Shown one piece after another: positions 18,073 through 27,460 of a stretch of 53,093 bases of DNA; position 1 is the stretch's first letter; every line of letters begins with the position of its first letter. This DNA comes from an uncultured Myxococcales bacterium. Its GTDB lineage: Bacteria > Myxococcota > Myxococcia > Myxococcales > Myxococcaceae. The stretch spans positions 1 to 53,093 of the forward strand of contig CBIHPJ010000001.1 in the NCBI GenBank assembly GCA_966211295.1. The letters are read 5' to 3'. Made by a program: the position numbers and the translations under genes. Below the pieces are notes generated by a model. It saw only the letters and a list, made by a program, of their open reading frames with translations. It had not been told where the DNA came from and did not search any database.

Positions 18073-19398
18073 TCATTCGTCGTTCGGAGTGAAAGGACGC
18101 AGCTGGCGCACTCCGGGCGAGTCCTGCCAGACGAAGCCGCGACGCTCGAGCTCGGCCTCGTACAGGGACGTTGGGTGAAGTTGCTCGGAGACCCACGCCG
18201 CGCTCGTGCAAACCAACATCAACGGCAGGACGATCGCGTAGTCACCCGCCAGCTCGAAGCCGAGCACCGCGGCCATCAATGGTGCGTGCGTGGTCGCTGC
18301 GCAGAGGCCCGCGAGTCCCACCAGCGCGTAGGCGCTCGGTGGTGCGACGTGCCCGGGGAAGATGAAGTTCGCGGCCCCTCCGAAGAGCGCGCCCAGGCAC
18401 GCTCCGAAGAGCAGTGTCGGAGTGAAGACGCCTCCAGGGAGACCCGATGAAACGGAGAGCGTCGTCGCGAGCGGCTTGGCGATCAGCAGCGCGCCGAGCA
18501 CGAGCCAGGGGAGTTTCCCCGACAGCAACTCTCCGAGCGGCTCGTAGCCGTTGCCCACCACCTCGGGGAGCACCATCGCGAGCAGACCAACGCCCAGCGC
18601 GCCGACGGCGATGCGCTGCCACACCGGTCGCGGCGTGCGCTTCGCGGCCTGCTCCGCTCGCTCCAACATCGTCATGAAGCCTGCGCCCGCGAGTCCAGCC
18701 GCGAGGCCGAGCACGCCATAACCGAGCAGCTCCGCTGGGCTCACCAACGTGAAGGTGTGCACGCCGTAGAGAGGGCCTTCGCCGAGCACGGCACGCGTGA
18801 GCTCAGTGGCGAGGACCACCGCGATGCCGGCGGGCACGAGCACTTCGAGCGTGGCCACGCCCGCGACGATCTCCACCATGAAGAGCATCGCGGCGAACGG
18901 CGTGTTGTACGCGGCCGCGAAGCCCGCGGCGGTTCCGGCAGCGACGAGCGCGCGGTGCTTGTCGTCTCCGGTTTTCAGCCAGCGGGACAGCGAGCTGCCA
19001 AGCGCGCCGCCGAATTGGATCAGCGGACCTTCGCGGCCGATCGACGCCCCGCCTCCGATCGCGAACCAGCTCGCGAGCGCCTTGAGCGCCGTGACCGGTG
19101 CGGAGAGGCGTCCTCTGCCGGCGGCGACCGCTTCCATCACTTCGCCCACCGAGGCGCTCGAGCCGAAGCGCGTGGAGAAGGTGAGCACCAACCAGGCGAG
19201 AAACGCCGAGACGATGGGCACCAGCAGGCGCTGCCACCAGGGGAAGCGGCGGAAGACTTCGAGGAGGTTGCCGGGGCCGAAGAGCACCTCGGAGAGAGCG
19301 TGGCCTGTCCAGCGGAAGAGAATCGCGAAGGCCGCAGCTCCGAGCGCGACGAGAGCGAGTGCTCCCGCGAAGCGCAGCGTTCGGAGGCGGGACGTCAT
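18073..19398 (-). CDS. ClC family chloride channel / H+-Cl- antiporter
   Basis: GREGPLIQFGGALG, GFAAAYNTPFAAMLF and GGVFTPTLLFGA are ClC selectivity-filter-type motifs. The start is set at MTSRLRTL, because the 24 codons upstream (MTYLPLPAGEGRGEG) are a translated REP element. Confidence 0.85.
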   Translation of the reverse strand: MTSRLRTLRFAGALALVALGAAAFAILFRWTGHALSEVLFGPGNLLEVFRRFPWWQRLLVPIVSAFLAWLVLTFSTRFGSSASVGEVMEAVAAGRGRLSAPVTALKALASWFAIGGGASIGREGPLIQFGGALGSSLSRWLKTGDDKHRALVAAGTAAGFAAAYNTPFAAMLFMVEIVAGVATLEVLVPAGIAVVLATELTRAVLGEGPLYGVHTFTLVSPAELLGYGVLGLAAGLAGAGFMTMLERAEQAAKRTPRPVWQRIAVGALGVGLLAMVLPEVVGNGYEPLGELLSGKLPWLVLGALLIAKPLATTLSVSSGLPGGVFTPTLLFGACLGALFGGAANFIFPGHVAPPSAYALVGLAGLCAATTHAPLMAAVLGFELAGDYAIVLPLMLVCTSAAWVSEQLHPTSLYEAELERRGFVWQDSPGVRQLRPFTPNDE

Positions 19399-19425
19399 TG
19401 ACTGGTCGTTTACACCAAGTTCTAC

Positions 19426-19461
19426 GCCCTCACCCCGACCCTCTCCCGCTGGGAGAGGGAG
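19426..19461 (+). repeat. REP-like element (subfamily 1)
   Basis: Sequence is GCCCTCACCCCGACCCTCTCCCGCTGGGAGAGGGAG. It lies between the DUF1552 stop and the ClC start. Confidence 0.8.
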
Positions 19462-19466
19462 ATACG

Positions 19467-20777
19467 TCACACCAAACCGGGGACCACTCCACAGTTCTGG
19501 TTATCGCCGAAGCCGTTGATGTTCACCCCGCACAGCTGCGCGACCGAGGTGAGCACGCGATCGTTGTCGATGGTGCTCGGGAACTTCAGGTACCGATCCG
19601 TGCGCAGCCCGCCGCGCTCGGTGCCGAACAAGACCACCGGCAGCCGGCGAATGTCGTGGTGACCACCGAAGTGCGAGATGCCGAGCACGATGGTGTTGTC
19701 GAGCATGTTCCCATCACCCTCAGGCGTGTCGCGCAGCCGCTTCACGAACTCGCCCAGCGCCTGCCAGTCGTACCGCGCGCAGCGGATGTAGAGATCGCGT
19801 TGCGACACCGGCTGGTGGTGCACGTCGTTGTGCAGATCAGACACGTTGGTGCCGGGCAACCAGTCGTAGCTCCAGCCGAAGCCAGAGCCGCCCCACACCA
19901 TCGAGCCCACCTGCGCGCGGTTGCACGCGAAGGCGGCGAACATGGTGTCGAAGTGCGCGCGAATGCGGTGCGGAATGTTGAAGTCATTCGTCGGCCGCGG
20001 CGGCAGCGAGCACACCGCGATCGGCGGAGGCACGTTGCCCAGGTCCGTCGCCACGCTCTGCTCCGCGCGACGAATCGCGTCTTCGTGCACGTCGAGCTTC
20101 TGCTTCTCCACTCCGCTCAACTCACGACGCAGACGAGTGAGATCGCGCCCGAGCCCATCGAGCAGTGAGCGGCGCGTGGTGAGCCGGCGAATGGTCGCCT
20201 CGCGCTGCGAGTTGTCGCCCGTGGGAGGAACGAAGCCGCCGAACATGCGATCCCACGCGACGGAGGGCGGCTTGATCGCCACCTTGAAGGTGTTCGCTCC
20301 CGTGGCGAACGGACGCTCACGGATCGACTCGTCGCTGCGCCCCTCGACGGTGGTGATGTTCACCTCGAGCGCCGTGAGGTTGCGGAGCTGCGCGACGAAC
20401 TGATCGATCGACGGCCCCCCAGGCAAGCCCTCGCCGCCGTCGTCGATCACGTCCTTCGCGGTGACCACTTTCCCCGGCGCGCGCGCGTGATTCGCTCCCG
20501 CGGCGTTGAAGCCGGAGTCGCGGATCTGCACCCCGTCGATCACCACCATGTTGCTCTTCACCGGAGCGCAGTTCGCGAGGATCTCTCCCAGCTGCCAATT
20601 GTTCTCCTGTCCGTTGCTGAAGAACGCGTTCTCGTCGGGGTAACCCGCAGAGCTGACCCACACGAAGAGCCGCTTGGCCACGGGCATGCCCTGCGCCTCT
20701 GCGCGGCGGAGCGAGAGCACCGGCGAGAGCAGAGCGGCGGCTTTGAGAGAGCTGAAGAGAAACTCGCGGCGCTTCAT
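19467..20777 (-). CDS. DUF1552 domain protein, Tat/Sec-exported
   Basis: MKRREFLFSSLKAAALLSPVLSLRRAEA is a signal peptide. Overall similarity is to the DUF1552 family, which pairs with DUF1592-type proteins. There is an ATGA overlap with the upstream gene. Confidence 0.75.
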   Translation of the reverse strand: MKRREFLFSSLKAAALLSPVLSLRRAEAQGMPVAKRLFVWVSSAGYPDENAFFSNGQENNWQLGEILANCAPVKSNMVVIDGVQIRDSGFNAAGANHARAPGKVVTAKDVIDDGGEGLPGGPSIDQFVAQLRNLTALEVNITTVEGRSDESIRERPFATGANTFKVAIKPPSVAWDRMFGGFVPPTGDNSQREATIRRLTTRRSLLDGLGRDLTRLRRELSGVEKQKLDVHEDAIRRAEQSVATDLGNVPPPIAVCSLPPRPTNDFNIPHRIRAHFDTMFAAFACNRAQVGSMVWGGSGFGWSYDWLPGTNVSDLHNDVHHQPVSQRDLYIRCARYDWQALGEFVKRLRDTPEGDGNMLDNTIVLGISHFGGHHDIRRLPVVLFGTERGGLRTDRYLKFPSTIDNDRVLTSVAQLCGVNINGFGDNQNCGVVPGLV

Positions 20778-22897
20778 GGGACTCCCGAGGACCAGAGGGT
20801 GCGACCGTCAGTCGCGATGATGAACAGGGTGCCAGTGCTGTCGATGTGCAGCTGCGCGCCCGGGTTGCCGTGGGTGCCGGTGTTGAAGACCGGAACATTG
20901 TCGCGGTCGTAGACCACGAGGTTTCCGTCGCCCTGCATCGCGGTGGTGCCGAGCGAGCGGCCTCCCGTGTTGCTCGCCCACAGCGGACCCGAGGGGCCGT
21001 AGAGCACGAGGTTTCCATCGAGCTGGTAGATCAAGTTGAAGCGGCCATCCGTCGAGCGGCGGCTCGCGTCGGGAGCGAGCGAGTTGCGAGACGCGAGGAG
21101 CACCGTGGTGGTGACCGCGCTGCCTCCACCTCCACCTCCGCCTCCACCATCACCGCTCCCTCCCCCACCACCACCGCCCGTTCCTCCTCCAGCGGGAGGC
21201 AGCTGCGCGGTGAGCTCGGCGACGCGCACGTAGAGGTGAGGGCTGGCGAGCGTCTCTTCGATCAGCTTCGCCACCGTCACCGGATCCGTGCCGAGCTTCT
21301 CGGTGAGCGAATCGCTCAGCGTCTCGGTGTGCGGCGAGGCCGAATTCCCGAGCGCGTACTTGATGAAGTTCTTGCTCCAGCAGCTGGTGGTCGTCGGATT
21401 GCCCGCGAGCGAGGTGACCAACTCCTGCGCGCCGCTGAAGCTGTGCACGTCGTTCGCGTACGGCAGATCAGACACCGCGGAGTTCACGGTGCGGCCATGT
21501 TGCGTCACGCGGTACCGACCGAGGGCGTCGTACTTTCCGAACGCGAAGCCGATCGGCATGAACTGGCGGTGGCAGCCGTTGCACTCCGCGCCCTGCTGCA
21601 TCATCGCCTCGTACTGCTCGCGGGTGGTGAGGTCGGCGAAGTTGGGCGTGCTGCTCGCCGTTTGCGCAGCGGCCACCGTGTTCACGCTCGAAGGAGGACC
21701 GACCTCCTCACAGAGGATCTGGTTCTTCACCATCAAGCCGCGGAGCACGGGGCGATCGCGATCTCCATCGGTCGCGGAGCCAATCGCAGCCATGGTGCTC
21801 GCGAGGGTGAGCACTCCGCGGCGGGTCGCGGGATCGAGGCTCACCCGCGTGGGCACGTCTGAGGTCGAGGTGAGCCCGTAGAGCGGAGCGGTGTTGCGAT
21901 CGACGAAGGAGAAGGTCTCGGTGAAGAGCGCGGGAAGCGTCCCCGTGCCGTCGAAGATCACCGCGCCGATGTACGCGTCGAACTCGGCCTTGAGAGACGT
22001 GCCCACTTCGGCGGAAGGCAGCTTGGAGAAGTCAGCCGGCTGACGCGCCATGCGATCGAGCGCGGTGACTCGCAGCCACTGGCGGAAGAAGTCGGCCTGG
22101 CGCTCGCGCGTGCGAGGCGACTGCCAGAGGCGCTTGATCTGCGAGCGAAGCTTCGTCTCGTCAGAGAGCTCACCCGCCTCGGCAGCGGAGAGCAGCGCCT
22201 CGTCGGGCATGGTGCCGGTGAGCGTGTACGCGATGAGCGAGGCCTTCTCGAAGTCGTCCAGCTTGAAGCGCACGGTGCCGAGCTGGCCCGGCTGCACCGG
22301 CTGGCCGACCTCGGTGCGGTACAGGAGGTGCGGAGAGACCAGCAGGCGCGCGACGATCGACTCGACCGCGACGAGCTTTCCTCCGCCGTCGTTGGTGACC
22401 GTCTGGAAGAACGCGAGGAGCTCATCGCGCTGCTCCTGGCTCAGCGGCTTGCGGTACGCGCGGCGACCGAGGGTGGAGATGATCGAACGCACGCAGTCGT
22501 CGGCGATGTTCGCCGCGTCGAAGCACGAGAAGTCGGAGCCGAGGCGCGTGGCGACGTACTGCTGCGAGAGCGACTCCGCTTCCACCAGGAGCGCGGAGAA
22601 GAGGTTCTCGTCGACTTTCAGCGCCGCGCCGTTGTCGTAGCCGCCGGTCCAGTCGGCGTGCGTGAGCGTGGGGGAGGTGGTGAGGCCGAGGAGATCGCGC
22701 ACGGTGTTGCGGTACTCGGGCGCGCTGAGCACGCGGATCTGCGCGGGCGCAACCACGACTTCGGTCGGAGGCTTCACGCCGCCGTCGGGGAGGCGCAGGC
22801 CAGGCGGCACCTCGTCGGGACCCTTTGGCGGGCCCGAGAAGAGCTCGCCGACGCAGGCGGGAGTGAGGAGGAGGAAGAGGGGCAGGAGCCGGCGCAT
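20774..22897 (-). CDS. DUF1587/DUF1592/DUF1595/DUF1588/DUF1585-type protein with C-terminal poly-Gly linker and bulb-type (GNA-like) lectin domain
   Basis: LSAPEYRNTVRDLLGL (DUF1587-like) and ECNGCHRQFMPIGFAFGKYDALGRYR (DUF1588-like, CxxCH) are present. They are followed by the GGGTGGGGGGGSGDGGGGGGGGGS linker, then two QxDxNxVxY motifs (QLDGNLVLY, QGDGNLVVY). Start chosen at MRRLLPLFLLLTPAC. Confidence 0.8.
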   Translation of the reverse strand: MRRLLPLFLLLTPACVGELFSGPPKGPDEVPPGLRLPDGGVKPPTEVVVAPAQIRVLSAPEYRNTVRDLLGLTTSPTLTHADWTGGYDNGAALKVDENLFSALLVEAESLSQQYVATRLGSDFSCFDAANIADDCVRSIISTLGRRAYRKPLSQEQRDELLAFFQTVTNDGGGKLVAVESIVARLLVSPHLLYRTEVGQPVQPGQLGTVRFKLDDFEKASLIAYTLTGTMPDEALLSAAEAGELSDETKLRSQIKRLWQSPRTRERQADFFRQWLRVTALDRMARQPADFSKLPSAEVGTSLKAEFDAYIGAVIFDGTGTLPALFTETFSFVDRNTAPLYGLTSTSDVPTRVSLDPATRRGVLTLASTMAAIGSATDGDRDRPVLRGLMVKNQILCEEVGPPSSVNTVAAAQTASSTPNFADLTTREQYEAMMQQGAECNGCHRQFMPIGFAFGKYDALGRYRVTQHGRTVNSAVSDLPYANDVHSFSGAQELVTSLAGNPTTTSCWSKNFIKYALGNSASPHTETLSDSLTEKLGTDPVTVAKLIEETLASPHLYVRVAELTAQLPPAGGGTGGGGGGGSGDGGGGGGGGGSAVTTTVLLASRNSLAPDASRRSTDGRFNLIYQLDGNLVLYGPSGPLWASNTGGRSLGTTAMQGDGNLVVYDRDNVPVFNTGTHGNPGAQLHIDSTGTLFIIATDGRTLWSSGVP

Positions 22898-23038
22898 GGG
22901 GACCGTCCCCCAGAGCACCCGTCGTGCCATTTCCGGGCTGTAAACCCAGCGAACAAGAGCGTGGATGGGGGTCGTGATTCTTTTTGCTTACATAATGCAA
23001 ATTTCCCGACGCCTGGGGACTACGGAGTCCAGCGAGTC

Positions 23039-23066
23039 AAAACCCTGTGCACACGAGTGCTCAGGG
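23039..23066 (-). terminator. Rho-independent terminator after the SDR gene
   Basis: On the minus strand the sequence reads CCCTGAGCAC-tcgt-GTGCACAGGG followed by TTTT. It starts about 20 nt after the stop at 23086. Confidence 0.5.
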
Positions 23067-23085
23067 TGACCAGTTCGTGGACACC

Positions 23086-23853
23086 TCAGTGATGCCGTCC
23101 GTGCTGGGGCTTTGATTCGGTGGCGAGCAGCGCCTCGTTGATGGGCTCGTCAGCGTCGTTCAGGAGCGAGCCCGCGAGCACGTAGGGCTGGCCGGCGATC
23201 ATCCCTTCGAACCCGTCCTTTGCGACCTGCGCGGGAGAGTCCTTCACCCCGGTGTCGAGCATGCCCGCGCGCACGAAGAACTCGGTGTCGGTGGCGCCGG
23301 CTTGCAGCAGCGTGACCGTCACGCCGGTGTCCCCGAGCTCCTCGCGCAGCGCCTGACCGAACGAGTACAGGAACGCCTTCGTCGCGCCGTACACGGCCTG
23401 GTACGGATTCGAATCAGTGTTCACGTCGGAGCCGGTGATCAGCACGCGCCCTGACCGATTGGCCACCATGTCGCTGATCACTCGCTTCGCGAGGTGCACG
23501 GTATGGCCACAGTTGAGGGCGATCATGCTCAGCTCTTCTTCGAGCGAGGTCTCGAGGAACGCGCCACCGACTCCCACGCCCGCGTTCAGAAGCAGCGCGT
23601 CGACGTTGCGGCCGATGTCGATGATGCGCTGGTAGAGCCGCTCGACGCCCTCAGGTGTGCCGAGGTCCTCTTTCAACTCGTAGACCATCGCGCCTGAGAG
23701 CTTCAGCTTCTCAGCTGCATCGTTGATGGCGTCGTTCTCAGCGGAGATGAGGACGTCGTAACCGTTTCGTACGCATTGCTGAGCGAGCTCGAAGCCGATG
23801 CCGCTCGAAGCGCCAGTCACGACAGCGAACTTCCTGGTCGACACGGTGGCCAT
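23086..23853 (-). CDS. SDR family oxidoreductase
   Basis: Cofactor motif VVTGASSGIGFELA and active-site motif YGATKAF. Size is 255 aa. Confidence 0.85.
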   Translation of the reverse strand: MATVSTRKFAVVTGASSGIGFELAQQCVRNGYDVLISAENDAINDAAEKLKLSGAMVYELKEDLGTPEGVERLYQRIIDIGRNVDALLLNAGVGVGGAFLETSLEEELSMIALNCGHTVHLAKRVISDMVANRSGRVLITGSDVNTDSNPYQAVYGATKAFLYSFGQALREELGDTGVTVTLLQAGATDTEFFVRAGMLDTGVKDSPAQVAKDGFEGMIAGQPYVLAGSLLNDADEPINEALLATESKPQHGRHH

Positions 23854-23889
23854 CGAGCGCTCCTTGGAAGTGGGTTTGGGGCGTGGCGG

Positions 23890-23905
23890 TGCATCGCGTG
23901 CGCCA
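23890..23905 (-). promoter_or_regulatory. Candidate sigma54 promoter TGGCGC-acgcg-ATGCA
   Basis: Read on the minus strand, with exact GG-N10-GC spacing. It is about 37 nt upstream of the SDR ATG (23853), with an AAGGAG RBS in between. Confidence 0.4.
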
Positions 23906-23966
23906 GTTTCCCTCTCGCTCCGCTCAGTTCAGACGCCGGGCCGATCGGGTGGTAAGGCTTTGGGAC

Positions 23967-26066
23967 GTGAGCACCGAGCCCGAAGAAGTACGTGCAGCGC
24001 GCCAGCTGATCATGCGCGACGTGCTGCAGTGGGCGCTCCCCACCTCGGCGGTGCTCTCGTTCATCACGCTCACCACGTCCATCGTGTCGGGGATGTTTCC
24101 TCAGGTGTGGTCGCGCGGCGTGCCGAGCATGGTGTTGCTGGTGGTGAGCATCGTGTGCCTGGTGCTGATGCGGAGAGGCAAGCTCTTCGCGTCGGTGGTG
24201 TTGCTGATGAGCGGCATCTCGTTGGTGATCTTCATCACGCTCACCTTCAACGGCGGCGTGCGTGCGCCCGCGGCGATGTTGCTGTTCTTCCTGGTGGCGC
24301 TGTGCGGCTGGGTCTTTGGCCGAGTGGCGGCGTCGGTGATGGCGGGCATCTCGGCGGTGGTGGTGACGATCTATTTCGCGCTCGGCACGCTGGGCGTGCT
24401 CGCTGAGCCGCCGCTGGTGCCGCTCGTCGGCGAGTACGTGATGTTGCTGGTGATGACGGCGCTGATCTGGGGCACCTCGGCTTCTCCACCGAGCCGCATG
24501 CGCAGCGCGCTGATGAAGGGGCAGATTCGTGAGCGACAACTCCGCGAGGAGCAGGCCGCGCGCCTCGAGACCGCTCAGCGTTTTCAGGCGGTGTTCGACC
24601 AGACCCCGCACGCGGTGGGACTGCTCACGCCCGATGGCAAGTTGGAGACGGTGAACCGCGGGGGCCTCGCCTTCCTCGGCATTCGCGCGGAGGAGGTGCT
24701 GGGGAAGCCGTTTCCGCTGACGCCCTGGGTGCCGGTAGAGCAGCGCGAGCGCATGGAGCATGCGATCGCTCGAGCGCACAAGGGCGTGGTGCGGTTCGAG
24801 CTCACGCACACGGATCACAAAAAGCGGTCGCGGGTGATCGAGGTGACGCTCTCTCCCTTCCGAGCTCCGTCGGGCGCGGTGCGCTTCTTGATCATCGAGG
24901 GGCGCGATGTCACCGAGCTGAACCTCGCGCGCGAGCGGAAGCAGATCACGCAGCGGCTCGAGCTGGTGGGGAAGCTCGCAGGTGGCGTCGCGCACGACTT
25001 CAACAACGTGTTGATGGCGATTCTCGCGTCGACCGAGGTGATGCGCGTGGAGCTCGCCGCGGGGCAGCGCGACCCGAAGGAGCTCGAGGAGAACCTCGAC
25101 ACCATTCTCGAAGCGGGCCGGCGCGCGGGCGAGCTCACCCGGCGGCTGCTCACGTTCGCTCAGCGGGGCACGTTGGAGCGCAGAGCGGTCTCGGTGCACA
25201 CGCTGCTCGACTCCACCGTGAAGCTGCTGGAGCGCACGCTGCCGGTGAACATTCGGCTGGTGGTGGAGGCGAAGGCGACGCGCGATGTGGTGCAGGGAGA
25301 CGCGGCGTCGCTGGAGAGTGCGTTGATCAACCTGGCGATCAATGCGCGCGATGCGATGCCGAATGGCGGCACGGTGACCTTCTCGACGGAGTCCGTCGAG
25401 CTCGATGAAGAGTGGTGCCGCGGGAGTGGGTTCGATGTGAAGCCGGGGCCGTACTTGCGGCTCTCAGTGAAGGACACCGGAGTGGGCATCGCGCCTGAGC
25501 ACGTCACGCGGGTGTTCGAGCCGTTCTTCACGACGAAGGAAGAGGGCAAGGGGACGGGGCTCGGACTTCCTTCGGTGTTCGGCGTGGTGCGCGACCACCG
25601 CGGCACCGTGCACGTCACCTCGGAGCTCGGGCGTGGAAGTGAGTTTCTCCTCAGCCTTCCTCTGTCCGCTGCTGCGCAGGAGGCCGCGCCGGCGCCCGCT
25701 CCGCTTCTGCACTTCCCCGGCCTGCGCGCGCTGGTGGTGGACGACGAGCTGGGCATTCGGAAGATGCTCGGGCGGTTGCTGCACAGCCTGGAGATCGAGG
25801 CGACTCAGGTGGCGAGCGCAGAGGAAGCGCTCAGCGCGTTCACTGGGCAGCAGTTGCTGATCACGGATGTCGTGCTCTCAGGTCGACGCGGCAACGAGTT
25901 GGCGGCGGAATTGCTCGCGAAGAATCCCGCGCTGCGGGCGTTGTTGATCTCTGGTTTTCCGAAGGACAGCGAGCTGTCCACGTTGCCTGCGGATCGCGTG
26001 CGGATGCTGGCGAAGCCGTTCACGCTCGAGACGCTGCAGGGCGCGATCGCGGAGCTGATTCACTGA
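23967..26066 (+). CDS. Hybrid sensor histidine kinase (multi-TM sensor, PAS, HisKA, HATPase_c, receiver)
   Basis: The parts are six hydrophobic helices, a PAS-like segment, the H-box LAGGVAHDFNNVLMAI, the N/G boxes (NLAINARDAM, GTGLGL), and a C-terminal REC domain (LVVDDE..ITDVVL..KPF). The start is uncertain: GTG 23967 or ATG 24012. ORF start 23883 would overlap the divergent promoter. Confidence 0.85.
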   Translation: MSTEPEEVRAARQLIMRDVLQWALPTSAVLSFITLTTSIVSGMFPQVWSRGVPSMVLLVVSIVCLVLMRRGKLFASVVLLMSGISLVIFITLTFNGGVRAPAAMLLFFLVALCGWVFGRVAASVMAGISAVVVTIYFALGTLGVLAEPPLVPLVGEYVMLLVMTALIWGTSASPPSRMRSALMKGQIRERQLREEQAARLETAQRFQAVFDQTPHAVGLLTPDGKLETVNRGGLAFLGIRAEEVLGKPFPLTPWVPVEQRERMEHAIARAHKGVVRFELTHTDHKKRSRVIEVTLSPFRAPSGAVRFLIIEGRDVTELNLARERKQITQRLELVGKLAGGVAHDFNNVLMAILASTEVMRVELAAGQRDPKELEENLDTILEAGRRAGELTRRLLTFAQRGTLERRAVSVHTLLDSTVKLLERTLPVNIRLVVEAKATRDVVQGDAASLESALINLAINARDAMPNGGTVTFSTESVELDEEWCRGSGFDVKPGPYLRLSVKDTGVGIAPEHVTRVFEPFFTTKEEGKGTGLGLPSVFGVVRDHRGTVHVTSELGRGSEFLLSLPLSAAAQEAAPAPAPLLHFPGLRALVVDDELGIRKMLGRLLHSLEIEATQVASAEEALSAFTGQQLLITDVVLSGRRGNELAAELLAKNPALRALLISGFPKDSELSTLPADRVRMLAKPFTLETLQGAIAELIH

Positions 26067-26095
26067 GTCGAGAAGATCGCCGCTGCTACCGACCT

Positions 26096-26533
26096 TCATG
26101 CGCTGAGCTTGCCCAGTACACCGCCGAACACGAGGTGCGCGCCGAGCATCACCAACGAGCGATCAGGCCGGTCACGCGTAGGTGGCTGCATCAGGCCGAA
26201 CTTCGGAACCCAACCGAAGTAGCTCGCCGCCCACACTCCGGTGCCGAAGAGCATTCCTTCCGCGACCGGATGATTCGGCATCACCTTGCCGCGAACCGCG
26301 CGCTCGTAGAGCTTCCCGCACGCGCTGCCGTAGCTGAGGTGCGAGGCCACCGTGGACAGTTCCTCGGCCTTCTTGCTGCGCGGCAGATGCAGACGATTCA
26401 GAAGTCGCCCCATGAGCTTGCGGGGCGGCAACCGACCGGTGAGGCCCGCACGTTGAGCCGCGAGCATCAACCCGCCCATGGCGAGCGAAGCCACCACACC
26501 CGCCGTACCGCCTCCGAATTTTGGAAGTCTCAT
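26096..26533 (-). CDS. Hypothetical small membrane protein
   Basis: Size is 145 aa, with three to four hydrophobic segments. It begins 9 nt downstream of the SDR stop on the same strand, so the two look like an operon. Confidence 0.5.
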   Translation of the reverse strand: MRLPKFGGGTAGVVASLAMGGLMLAAQRAGLTGRLPPRKLMGRLLNRLHLPRSKKAEELSTVASHLSYGSACGKLYERAVRGKVMPNHPVAEGMLFGTGVWAASYFGWVPKFGLMQPPTRDRPDRSLVMLGAHLVFGGVLGKLSA

Positions 26534-26542
26534 GTTCCTCCC

Positions 26543-27382
26543 TCAGGCGGAGATGTGGCCGCCGCCGTTGACGTGAATGAGTTGCCCCGTCACGTAGCTC
26601 GCGTCCTGGCTCGCGAGGAACACGTACGCAGGCGCGACCTCGGCCGGTTGTCCCGGTCGATGCAGCAACGTGTCGTTCCCGAACTGCGCCACGCGCGCCT
26701 TCGAGAACGACGCCGGAATCAGCGGCGTCCAGATCGGCCCTGGCGCCACTGCGTTCACGCGAATCCCGCGCGGAGCGAGCGACTTCGCCAAGGAGAAGGT
26801 CAGCGCGTGAATCGCACCCTTGGTGGAGGCGTAATCGAGCAGCGTGTCAGACCCGCGCACGCCGGTGACCGAGCCCGTGTTGATGATGCATCCATCATCC
26901 GGCAGGTGCTTCAGCGCCTCGTCGATCAAATAGAAGAACGAGAAGAGATTGTTCTCGAACGTCTTGCGCACGTGGCTGGGCGTGAGGTCCTCCGCCTCCT
27001 CCACGGGGAACTGCTGCGCGTGATTGTTCACCAACACATCGAGCCCACCCCACTTCGCCACGACCCGCTCGATCGTCCTGTGACAGTTCGCGGGTGAGGC
27101 GAGATCGCTCTTGATGATCAGCGCCTCGGTGCCCTCCTGCTCGATGAGGCGCTGTGTCTCGCGCGCATCAGCGTCTTCAGACAGGTACGCGATCGCCACC
27201 TTCGCTCCCTCTCTCGCGAAGTGCACCGCCACCGAGCGGCCGATGCCACTGTCTCCTCCCGTGATGAGCGCGACCTTGCCCATCAGCTTTCCGCTCCCTC
27301 GATAGGTGGGCCGAATCGTCACAGGCTCGGGATGCATCAACGCCTGGTGACCAGGCTGTTTCTTCTGCGCCTGCGCGGGCAT
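26543..27382 (-). CDS. SDR family oxidoreductase, YghA/YdaD (general stress protein 39)-like
   Basis: The N-terminus KKQPGHQALMHPEP..YRGSGKLMGKVALITGGDSGIGRS, the A(I/V)AYL motif and the catalytic Y..K are present. Alternative in-frame starts exist at 27403 and 27421. Confidence 0.85.
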   Translation of the reverse strand: MPAQAQKKQPGHQALMHPEPVTIRPTYRGSGKLMGKVALITGGDSGIGRSVAVHFAREGAKVAIAYLSEDADARETQRLIEQEGTEALIIKSDLASPANCHRTIERVVAKWGGLDVLVNNHAQQFPVEEAEDLTPSHVRKTFENNLFSFFYLIDEALKHLPDDGCIINTGSVTGVRGSDTLLDYASTKGAIHALTFSLAKSLAPRGIRVNAVAPGPIWTPLIPASFSKARVAQFGNDTLLHRPGQPAEVAPAYVFLASQDASYVTGQLIHVNGGGHISA

Positions 27383-27460
27383 CGTTCGCTTCTTGTGGGG
27401 CATCTGCGCGCATCGCTGCATCCCGCATTCCGACCTAGCCGAGCTTCGGAGCAGCGATCG

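Noticed and set aside
19399-19470. N-terminal extension of the ClC ORF (MTYLPLPAGEGRGEGVELGVNDQS).
   Set aside because: The extension is the translation of a REP-like element (19426..19461). The downstream Met at 19398 gives a normal ClC N-terminus.
21121-21195. Short-period repetitive DNA that could be mistaken for a CRISPR array or microsatellite.
   Set aside because: It is an in-frame poly-Gly linker within a continuous ORF. It has no repeat-spacer architecture. No CRISPR array, tRNA, rRNA, transposase or integrase was seen anywhere in the window.
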